From positions 1-12,087 of the forward strand of contig JBJXGI010000084.1 of the NCBI GenBank assembly GCA_046153645.1: 12,087 nucleotides of DNA. The letters are read 5' to 3'. Origin of the DNA: Elusimicrobiota bacterium. Lineage in GTDB: Bacteria; Elusimicrobiota; Elusimicrobia; F11. The notes beneath the pieces were generated by a model, which worked only from the letters and a program-made list of their open reading frames with translations, made no database searches and was not told where the DNA came from. The translations under genes were made by a program, and so were the position numbers. This document shows, piece by piece, positions 1-6,998 of the stretch. The number at the start of each line of letters is the position of its first letter. The first letter of the stretch is position 1.

Positions 1-683
1 TTTAGTCGCTCTGCCCACATAGGCTGCAAATACAAAGGAACCAACTGAGAAAAAAGCGCCTTCTTTTTAAGAGTCTGGAATTTTTTTATGGCCAATTGAG
101 CAATGATATCTGAATGAGGAACATTTAACTCACTCTCTGAAGAACGGCACACAGCAACGGATGAAGATTTATTTATTTTTGAGATCGCCTGATTAAATTC
201 AGATTCTTTTTTCCAGCAAGGTGGAATTATTTCTTTCAAACTTTTATTTTTTATTTCATAAATGGAGAAATACACTTCACCCTGAAGGGCCGTTATACAA
301 CTGGCGATAAACTTTTCCTCCGGATTTTCCTGTCTGTAAGCTTCCGCCATTGCTTCTAAGCTAGTAATGCCAATAGCCGGAATATCCAGCATCTGAGAAA
401 ATCCCCTTGCCACCGCCACACCAACGCGCACGCCAGTAAAACTTCCAGGGCCCATATCCACGGCAATTAAATTTAAATCTTTTGGGGAAAGACGTTTTCG
501 GGACAAAACTTCTTTTATTTTTGGAATGAGTGTATCTGACTGCTTGAAAGGTTGTTTCTCAAAAAATGAAGAAATGAGCTTAACTCTCTCCTGCCGACTC
601 GGACGCAGAGAATCAAAAGAAAACAACGAAACCCCGAGATGAACTCCCGTCGTTTCGATAGCTAAGCAGAACTTACTTTTCAT
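1..683 (-). CDS. tsaB: tRNA threonylcarbamoyladenosine biosynthesis protein TsaB (3' end runs off the window)
   Basis: Manual translation from the ATG at 683-681: MKSKFCLAIETTGVHLGVSL...IAVDMGPGSFTGVRVGVAVARGFSQMLDIPAIGITSLEAMA...LVPLYLQPMWAERL. It has the GPGSFTG-R-G TsaB motif and the C-terminal P-Y-L motif. It overlaps the tsaE stop by 11 bp. It is missing from the ORF track because there is no stop codon in the window. Confidence 0.95.
   Translation of the reverse strand, partial: MKSKFCLAIETTGVHLGVSLFSFDSLRPSRQERVKLISSFFEKQPFKQSDTLIPKIKEVLSRKRLSPKDLNLIAVDMGPGSFTGVRVGVAVARGFSQMLDIPAIGITSLEAMAEAYRQENPEEKFIASCITALQGEVYFSIYEIKNKSLKEIIPPCWKKESEFNQAISKINKSSSVAVCRSSESELNVPHSDIIAQLAIKKFQTLKKKALFSQLVPLYLQPMWAERL
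581..611. repeat. probable degenerate second palindromic element inside tsaB
   Basis: TAACTCTCTCCTGCCGACTCGGACGCAGAGA. It shares the exact 10-mer TAACTCTCTC with 1610-1619, forms an imperfect hairpin, and is read as SLRPSRQERVK. Confidence 0.4.
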
Positions 684-1173
684 TTTTTATATCCATTATC
701 ATTTTTTTAAATCGAGCTTTCATTTTATGGCCCTGCGCAGAAATTTTTATTCTTCGATTTTTTCCCTCAATTGAGATTTCAATTTTCAAATAATCCGATG
801 GCCAAACCTGTTTGAAAAGATTGGCCCATTCAATCAAAATAACACCAGGTGGAATTTCGCCTTGCCCTAATAAATAATCCTGTATTCCCATATTCATGAG
901 CTCAGATGCTTTTAACCGGTAAAAATCAAGATGATGAACGGGTATTTTTCCCGGAAGTGTTTGAGCAAGAGTAAAAGTTGGACTTTGTGGAATTTCTTTT
1001 ATGCCCATGCCACGAGAAAACCCCTGAACAAAAGAAGTTTTTCCTGCCCCTAGGTTTCCAATTAAAAGGATCACATCTCCCACTTGAACAAACCGACTCA
1101 CTTTTTCGGCAAGGCGTTGAGTTGCACTCAAAGAGGAACTCAAGAAAATGCGTGAAGCCAATGACTTTTTCAT
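673..1173 (-). CDS. tsaE: tRNA threonylcarbamoyladenosine biosynthesis ATPase TsaE (about 166 aa)
   Basis: Walker A GNLGAGKT, plus SPTFTL, HLDFYRL and IEWA motifs. The likely start is the ATG at 1173, 2 bp after the thiL stop, rather than 1305. Confidence 0.95.
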   Translation of the reverse strand: MKKSLASRIFLSSSLSATQRLAEKVSRFVQVGDVILLIGNLGAGKTSFVQGFSRGMGIKEIPQSPTFTLAQTLPGKIPVHHLDFYRLKASELMNMGIQDYLLGQGEIPPGVILIEWANLFKQVWPSDYLKIEISIEGKNRRIKISAQGHKMKARFKKMIMDIKNEK

Positions 1174-1175
1174 TT

Positions 1176-2225
1176 TTAGAAATGTGAGAAGCTGGGGGCT
1201 AATGTTATCTTTTGGCCGTTTAATAAATAACAATTTCCTCTTTGAAGAGGGCGAACCTCTCCAATCAAAGAGAATTTCATTCTCTTCTCCAATCGTGGCA
1301 AACAACTGGGGTGAGCGGTAAACAAAAGAGCATAATCTTCTCCTGCTAAAACACGGTCATACAAAAGATCTTTGATTGAATGTTTTGGCTCAATCCATTT
1401 TTTATACATCGGTGACACAGGAATATTTTGGACTTGGATTCGAAACCCAACATGGGACATTGTATTGAGAATTTCCAAAGAATCCTTAAGAGAGTCAGAT
1501 AAATCCATTAATGAAGTTACACCAGGCTCTTCTGAAAGAAAAGATCCTTCATTGAATAAAGGCGTGTGCTGAAAAAATCTCTGGATAAAATAATTTCTTT
1601 CCCTCACCCTAACTCTCTCTCGTAAACGGGAGAGGGGATTATCTTTTAATAATTGTAATCCCACACTTGCATCACCCACTGAACCCGCCACGCACACCAG
1701 ATCGCCCACTTTTGCTTTTGACCGAGTGACCGCTCGACCTTTAAGCGATCCTCCTGCTGCAACGACAATAGATAAATCTTTAGCTTTTACGGTATCTCCA
1801 CCAACAACACTAACATGAAAATGCTTTGCAGACTCTTGAATTCCTTTTTGAAATTCACTTAAAAAAGTGAGCGGAGTTTGATGCGGTGTAGCTAAATAAA
1901 CCATTACCCAACGATCAATGGTTGGTCCCATAGCGGCCAAATCGGACAAACTGCTTCCCATGGCTTTCCAGCCAAGAGCTCGCCCAAAAGTAAACGGAAT
2001 TTTTTTAGGCCATTTTTTAAACCAAGAGAATAAAAAGTGTGTCCCTTCGGTAAGACCATCAATTGTCAATACAGGCTGCCCTTTTGAAGATAAAACAGCG
2101 GCATCGTCACCAGGCGGGACGATAAAAAATGAAGGCTTTATTTTCGAAAGCTGAGGAACAAAAGAAGAAAGAAAAGAGCGCTCTCCCCATTGACCAATGG
2201 TCTTAAGAGATTTATTTTTTTTCAT
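1176..2225 (-). CDS. thiL: thiamine-monophosphate kinase
   Basis: GDDAAV, D-x3-EGTHF, LSDLAAMG, GGDT, DLSD, GEDY and C-terminal HF motifs of the PurM-like ThiL family. thiL-tsaE-tsaB synteny is also known from Bacillus. Confidence 0.92.
   Translation of the reverse strand: MKKNKSLKTIGQWGERSFLSSFVPQLSKIKPSFFIVPPGDDAAVLSSKGQPVLTIDGLTEGTHFLFSWFKKWPKKIPFTFGRALGWKAMGSSLSDLAAMGPTIDRWVMVYLATPHQTPLTFLSEFQKGIQESAKHFHVSVVGGDTVKAKDLSIVVAAGGSLKGRAVTRSKAKVGDLVCVAGSVGDASVGLQLLKDNPLSRLRERVRVRERNYFIQRFFQHTPLFNEGSFLSEEPGVTSLMDLSDSLKDSLEILNTMSHVGFRIQVQNIPVSPMYKKWIEPKHSIKDLLYDRVLAGEDYALLFTAHPSCLPRLEKRMKFSLIGEVRPLQRGNCYLLNGQKITLAPSFSHF
1601..1638. repeat. REP/RPE-like short palindromic element inside thiL
   Basis: CCCTCACCCTAACTCTCTCTCG-TAAA-CGGGAGAGGGGA. 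Stem 1613-1622/1627-1636 is 10 bp with two G-T pairs on the + strand. It is read in frame as PLSRLRERVRVR. Confidence 0.7.
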
Positions 2226-2400
2226 CCTTCATTCTTTTGGGTACCAAAGAAGATACGCCAGCCATGACAGCAACAACTCCACCAAAAAATAAACTCAAAG
2301 GCAGAAAACCTTTTAAAATAACAATAAATTCAGAAGACCAAGATATCATTCCCCAAATTCCCAAAAAAATAAAAACAATTCCGATAAGTACAGCTGTCAT
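2212..2400 (-). CDS. small hypothetical membrane protein with two predicted TM helices
   Basis: 62 aa with two hydrophobic Gly-rich segments and a basic tail. It has a strong RBS, fills the nnrD-thiL gap and overlaps the thiL start by 14 bp. Confidence 0.8.
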   Translation of the reverse strand: MTAVLIGIVFIFLGIWGMISWSSEFIVILKGFLPLSLFFGGVVAVMAGVSSLVPKRMKDEKK

Positions 2401-2404
2401 ACAT

Positions 2405-2410
2405 CCTCCT
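2405..2410 (-). promoter_or_regulatory. Shine-Dalgarno AGGAGG for the small membrane protein
   Basis: The minus strand reads TAAGGAGGATGT-ATG, overlapping the nnrD stop. Confidence 0.75.
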
Positions 2411-3309
2411 TAAATTTTCAAAAATGGCCGAGAAACAATGGGTAGATATTGTGCCACATCGCTGGCTATCATACCTGACATTTTTCTGTTACGCCTTAAA
2501 ATATCTCCTGCTAACCCATGAATATAAGCGCCCAGCGAAGCTGATTCCAAAGGATTAGGAAACCCTTGTTTTAATCGCTGCGCCCAAAATGAAGCAATGA
2601 TTCCTGTTAATACGTCTCCCATACCACCAGAAGCCATTCCAGAATTTCCGGTGGTATTTTTATAGATTTTTACTCCATCAGAAATAAGTGTCCCCGACCC
2701 TTTCAATAAACATGTCCCCTTAAATTGGCGCGAAACTTCTTTGACCGCTGCCATTCTATCTATAGAAATCCTCTTTGGACTTACCTTTAACAAACGCGCG
2801 GCCTCTGCTTCATGAGGAGTTAAAATCCAATCGGATTTTGGTTTTATTTTCTTCTTAAATGCTGACAATGCGTTTAACGCATCAGCATCAATAACCACAG
2901 GGATTTCAAGCGAACTTAGAAATTTAAAAATAAATTTCTGCGTTTGTTTAGACTGTCCCAAACCAGGACCGATAGCAACAACATCGGGTTTAAATTGCTT
3001 TAAAATCTTAAAAACCAAGGGAACTGCTCGAAACGATAACTGCCCTTCATTATTTTCCAAAACTCCCATGGTCGTCATTTCCAACGGACCTTTTTGCATG
3101 GCCAAGGATTGCTGACTTTTAACGGTTACCAATCGTAACAGCCCAACACCAGAGCGAATCACGCCCCAACTTGTTAAGACCGCAGCTCCCACCATCCCTC
3201 GCGACCCCGCAATAATTAAAACACGACCAAAATCGCCTTTATGTCCTTTTTTCTTTCTCTGCGGAAACCAGTGGTGAGCTATTTTTTTTGATAATTGTTT
3301 CAGTTTCAC
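2410..3309 (-). CDS. nnrD: ADP-dependent NAD(P)H-hydrate dehydratase (YjeF C-terminal domain only)
   Basis: HKGDFGRVLIIAGS, AIGPGLG, VIDADALN, ILTPHEAE, LLKG and ASGGMGDVLTG motifs. GTG start. Confidence 0.95.
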   Translation of the reverse strand: MKLKQLSKKIAHHWFPQRKKKGHKGDFGRVLIIAGSRGMVGAAVLTSWGVIRSGVGLLRLVTVKSQQSLAMQKGPLEMTTMGVLENNEGQLSFRAVPLVFKILKQFKPDVVAIGPGLGQSKQTQKFIFKFLSSLEIPVVIDADALNALSAFKKKIKPKSDWILTPHEAEAARLLKVSPKRISIDRMAAVKEVSRQFKGTCLLKGSGTLISDGVKIYKNTTGNSGMASGGMGDVLTGIIASFWAQRLKQGFPNPLESASLGAYIHGLAGDILRRNRKMSGMIASDVAQYLPIVSRPFLKI

Positions 3310-3678
3310 TTAGACCAGCATCGCCACAGCAACAGCATAATTCTTGGTGTGCGATAGAGATAAAGAAAGTCGATTTTTTAAAGGTCCTAACTTTGCAGGC
3401 AATTCAACCTCTGGTTTCCCTAAAGCAGAATTTTTAACTCCAATTTCATAATGAGCCAGCGATATTTTTTTATTTGATAAATACTGACTTATCACTTTCC
3501 AAACCGCTTCTTTAGCTGCAAACCGAACAGCAAAATGCTGCTCTTTATTTTTTTTAGATCGGCAATAAGTTATTTCTTTATCAGTATAAACACGTTTTAA
3601 AAAACGCTTATTGCGAATAAGGCTTTTAAAACGTGCAACTTCTTCTATATCAACACCAACCCCAAAATTCTTATGCAC
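3310..3678 (-). CDS. acpS: holo-[acyl-carrier-protein] synthase
   Basis: GVGVDIEE, RFAAKEAVWK, GKP and SLSLSH motifs. 122 aa, GTG start. Confidence 0.95.
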   Translation of the reverse strand: MHKNFGVGVDIEEVARFKSLIRNKRFLKRVYTDKEITYCRSKKNKEQHFAVRFAAKEAVWKVISQYLSNKKISLAHYEIGVKNSALGKPEVELPAKLGPLKNRLSLSLSHTKNYAVAVAMLV

Positions 3679-5139
3679 TTACATTCCGATGTGTTTTTTA
3701 AGAAGTTCATTGGCCAATTGTGGGTTGGCGCGGCCTTTTGTTTTTTTCATTAAAGCTCCGACCAAAGATCCCAAGGCTCTTTCTTTTCCCGCTTTTACAT
3801 CTTCAACAATCTTCGGGCTTTCCTTTAACACTTCTTCAATAAAGGGCAACAAGTCTGATTCAGAGGACATTTGAGTTAACCCTTTTTTCGTAACAACTTC
3901 CTTAGGGGAAAGGCCTGTTTCATAAACTTCTGAAAAAACTTCTTTGGCAATTTTTCCCGAAATGGTTCCAGCCAATATAAGTTCAACCAACTCTGCCAAT
4001 GAAGAAGAAGAAATAGGGGAATCAACAATCTCTTTTTTATCAGAGTTAAGCCTTCCTAAAAGTTCAGTGGTAATCCAATTGACCAAAGGTTTAGCCGCAT
4101 TTTTTTTATTTTCTGCTTTAAATTGAGCAAGCCCAGCCTCAAAATAATCAACCAAAGGTTTTTGACTAATTAACACATTCGAATCATATTCAGTGAGCGC
4201 AAATTCATTTATTAATCGATTCTTTCTCGCATGGGGCAACTCCGGCAAATGAGCCTTTATTTTTTCAAGCCAATCATTACTAAACACAACAGGAACCAAG
4301 TCAGGTTCAGGGAAATAACGATAATCATGAGCCTCTTCTTTAGATCGCATGGAAAAAGAGGCTGCCTTAGATTCGTTCCATAGGCGAGTTTCTTGTGTGA
4401 CCTTCCCACCAGTCTCAATCAATTCAATTTGCCGGTTAACTTCATAATCAATGGCATCTTTAACAGCGCGAAAACTATTCATATTTTTTACTTCTACTCT
4501 TGTTCCAAATGTTTTCACTCCAACAGGACGGACAGAAATATTGGCATCACAACGGAGTGATCCTTTTTCCATATCACAATCAGAAACCCCCATAAACTGA
4601 ACTGTTGATTTCAAAATAGATAAATAATCATGAGCTTCTTGAGAATTAGAAAGATCAGGATGGCTCACAATCTCCATGAGTGGAATACTAGATCTGTTCA
4701 AATCAACAAGAGAATAAGGTAATTCAGTAGACCCAATTGCGTGTAATAACTTACCGGCATCTTCTTCAAGATGGATTCGCTGAATACGAATGGTTTTAGT
4801 GTTATTCTCAACTGTAATATCAATCTTTCCATCTTCACAAAATGGATGATCGGCCTGAGAAATCTGATAGGCCTTGGGAAGGTCAGGGTAGAAATACTGT
4901 TTACGAGAAAATTGCGTTTTAGAATTTATTGAGCATCCAAAAGCCAATCCTATCTTAACAATCCCTTCAACCGCTTTTTTATTAAGGACAGGAAGAACTC
5001 CTGGTTGCCCCGTACAAACAGGACAAACTTGCGAATTGGGCGTTGCGCCAAACTCAGTGGGACAAGAACAAAATAATTTTGATTGGGTTTTAATTTGGAC
5101 GTGTACTTCAAGTCCAACTACGGTTTCATAAGTCGTCAT
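3679..5139 (-). CDS. gatB: Asp-tRNA(Asn)/Glu-tRNA(Gln) amidotransferase subunit B
   Basis: GLEVHVQ, RKQYFYPDLPKAYQISQ, HLEEDAGK, GSLRCDANIS, VEVKNMNS and DYRYFPEPDL motifs, with a YqeY-like tail ending KGRANP. RBS AGGAG at about 5150-5154. Confidence 0.98.
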   Translation of the reverse strand: MTTYETVVGLEVHVQIKTQSKLFCSCPTEFGATPNSQVCPVCTGQPGVLPVLNKKAVEGIVKIGLAFGCSINSKTQFSRKQYFYPDLPKAYQISQADHPFCEDGKIDITVENNTKTIRIQRIHLEEDAGKLLHAIGSTELPYSLVDLNRSSIPLMEIVSHPDLSNSQEAHDYLSILKSTVQFMGVSDCDMEKGSLRCDANISVRPVGVKTFGTRVEVKNMNSFRAVKDAIDYEVNRQIELIETGGKVTQETRLWNESKAASFSMRSKEEAHDYRYFPEPDLVPVVFSNDWLEKIKAHLPELPHARKNRLINEFALTEYDSNVLISQKPLVDYFEAGLAQFKAENKKNAAKPLVNWITTELLGRLNSDKKEIVDSPISSSSLAELVELILAGTISGKIAKEVFSEVYETGLSPKEVVTKKGLTQMSSESDLLPFIEEVLKESPKIVEDVKAGKERALGSLVGALMKKTKGRANPQLANELLKKHIGM

Positions 5140-5218
5140 GAACGTGCAACTCCTAAATCACCAAATCGTCATTTTTGAATGACAATGTGAATTCTATCTG
5201 AATTTGAAAGGCTTGGCT

Positions 5219-5638
5219 TTATAAACTCAACTTTCGCAGTAATTCTTTATCGGAGTCATAAATAATGACTTTAGACACCTCAGAAAATGGAAACCACTCA
5301 ATCTTGAGCACTTCTTGCGGATTAAAATCTCCCACCTTATTTAAGGGTTTCATTAAAAACCATCGAACCGTTTTATGAAACCGTGTCCCATTGCGAGAAT
5401 AAAAATAACTGATATCCTGCAAGGAATTGAGAACTTCGCATTGCCATCCAGTTTCTTCGCAAACTTCTCTTAGAGCCGCTTCTTGATCAGACTCATTATT
5501 TTCAGGGTGTCCTTTCGGAAATGTCCAAACGACATCCCCAACTAAATTCTTGACCTGAATGAGCAGAAGAGAACCTTTTTCTTTATCCCAGACAACCCCG
5601 CCACAAGAAAAATCTTTTTTGGTTTTAGATTGATTCAT
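5219..5638 (-). CDS. Nudix hydrolase (Ap4A/Ap6A-hydrolase or MutT1-like subgroup)
   Basis: Nudix box GHPENNESDQEAALREVCEETG preceded by WTFPK. SCGGVV and HKTVRWFLM segments are typical of this subgroup. Confidence 0.9.
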   Translation of the reverse strand: MNQSKTKKDFSCGGVVWDKEKGSLLLIQVKNLVGDVVWTFPKGHPENNESDQEAALREVCEETGWQCEVLNSLQDISYFYSRNGTRFHKTVRWFLMKPLNKVGDFNPQEVLKIEWFPFSEVSKVIIYDSDKELLRKLSL

Positions 5639-5645
5639 AAATGGA

Positions 5646-5675
5646 ATCGTAACACACGACGACCAGACTGGTCAA
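5646..5675 (-). promoter_or_regulatory. putative sigma70 promoter for the Nudix gene
   Basis: TTGACC (5675-5670), 18-nt spacer, TACGAT (5651-5646), then 7 nt to the ATG. Confidence 0.5.
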
Positions 5676-5693
5676 GGAAAACGGGTTTATTTG

Positions 5694-5699
5694 TAGAAT
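5694..5699 (+). promoter_or_regulatory. putative -10 element for folP
   Basis: TAGAAT lies 6 nt before the ATG at 5706. No SD and no good -35 were found. Confidence 0.45.
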
Positions 5700-5705
5700 A
5701 TCAAT

Positions 5706-6530
5706 ATGCCAAACCATCTTAAAACCATTCGCGTTATGGGCGTGATTAATATCAGTCCTGAATCTTTCTACAAAGGCTCCATAAAAACAGGCGCGAAAAG
5801 TTTAATTTCATTGGCCCAAACAATGGAAAGAGATGGCGCAAATATTCTTGACATCGGAGCAATGTCAACGGCCCCCTATCTTAAAACCCAAATTTCTGAA
5901 CAAGAAGAAATTCGTCGTGTCGTCAAAGCACTTTGCATATTAAAAAGACAGCTACATATCCCCATATCAATTGATACAACCAGAGCCAACGTAGCCAAAG
6001 CGGCCTTCAATGAAGGAGCCACGATCTTAAATGACATCACTGGACTACATGGGGATAGTCAAATGCCTATTATTGCCAAACAATTCAATCAATTAATACT
6101 TATGGCCCATCCCATTGCTCTTAAAAAAACAAAAAAGACAAACCCCATCATTCAAACCAATAATATTTTTCGACAAATACTCAACATAGCTTCGCTTCAC
6201 GATATTCATGAGAAAAAAATAATTTTGGACCCAGGAATTGGTTTTTTTAGAAACACCGGAATGCCTTGGTGGAAGTGGGACTTAGGGATTCTTCGGGATT
6301 TATCAGAATTAACAAAACATCCTTTTCCGCTATTAATAGGACTGTCGCGAAAATCATTTATTGGAAAACTACTCGATGATGTTCCAGCAGAAGGAAGACT
6401 CGCTGGAAGCCTTGTGGCAACAATGTGGGCCATTGAAAAAGGCGCTCAAATCATCAGAACTCATGATGTTAAAGAAACGCGAGAGGTAATAAAGATTTAT
6501 AATTATTTAAAAAAAGATGGGAAAAATTAA
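5706..6530 (+). CDS. folP: dihydropteroate synthase (atypical loops)
   Basis: VMGVINISPESF, ILDIG, ISIDT, ILNDITG, ILDPGIGF, GLSRKSFIG and IIRTHDV motifs of the pterin-binding TIM barrel. Confidence 0.93.
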   Translation: MPNHLKTIRVMGVINISPESFYKGSIKTGAKSLISLAQTMERDGANILDIGAMSTAPYLKTQISEQEEIRRVVKALCILKRQLHIPISIDTTRANVAKAAFNEGATILNDITGLHGDSQMPIIAKQFNQLILMAHPIALKKTKKTNPIIQTNNIFRQILNIASLHDIHEKKIILDPGIGFFRNTGMPWWKWDLGILRDLSELTKHPFPLLIGLSRKSFIGKLLDDVPAEGRLAGSLVATMWAIEKGAQIIRTHDVKETREVIKIYNYLKKDGKN

Positions 6531-6928
6531 CGAATCCGAGATCTTCTATCTGACTGAATATTACTTCCCTTATATTTTTTCCAAGAATTCTCACCTGAAA
6601 CAACCCCATGCCAAGCGCCAATGGAGACTCCAAAAATAAAATAATCTTTTCCGTCTACTCTTTTAGACCAAACAATTTGTCCAAAACAACGAATATGCTC
6701 AGGTGAATTGGGGAAAGAAATTTGCAAATAAGACCCGACAACCACCTCCCCCCATGCTTCTAAACGAAGCCCCGAGCGGCCCACATCAAAAGCAATGGCC
6801 GGAAAAACTTTTGAATTTTCTTCAATTTTGACCACCACAGATTCTTTAGAGGAAAAACGCTGTTCCGTCCTTCGATCCGTAATGGGGTTAACGATATAGA
6901 AGCGAGTCATTTTTCTAATTGTATTCAT
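6527..6928 (-). CDS. stand-alone PilZ-domain protein (putative c-di-GMP receptor)
   Basis: RxxxR motif (DRRTEQRF), a DxxxxG variant (DVGRSGLRL) and a GQIVW strand. Its stop overlaps the folP stop (TTAA, 6527-6530). Confidence 0.8.
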   Translation of the reverse strand: MNTIRKMTRFYIVNPITDRRTEQRFSSKESVVVKIEENSKVFPAIAFDVGRSGLRLEAWGEVVVGSYLQISFPNSPEHIRCFGQIVWSKRVDGKDYFIFGVSIGAWHGVVSGENSWKKYKGSNIQSDRRSRIR

Positions 6929-6934
6929 GATTTG

Positions 6935-6963
6935 AATATGCGGGAAAAAGGAACTATTTACAA
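6935..6963 (-). promoter_or_regulatory. putative sigma70 promoter for the PilZ gene
   Basis: TTGTAA (6963-6958), 17-nt spacer, CATATT (6940-6935), then 6 nt to the ATG. Confidence 0.4.
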
Positions 6964-6998
6964 GGAGAGAAATGAATTGATTTATAGAGCTTTTTTAT

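Noticed and set aside
1174..1305. N-terminal extension of TsaE in the ORF track (210 aa)
   Set aside because: It overlaps the thiL 3' end by about 130 bp and has no TsaE-like sequence. The ATG at 1173 gives a normal length.
978..4126. Short + strand ORFs 978-1187, 1372-1572, 1918-2154, 3611-3874 and 3944-4126
   Set aside because: They are antisense shadows of well-supported housekeeping genes, with no recognisable motifs.
6527..6530. Convergent folP/PilZ stop codons sharing TTAA with no terminator
   Set aside because: This is a common arrangement in compact AT-rich genomes.
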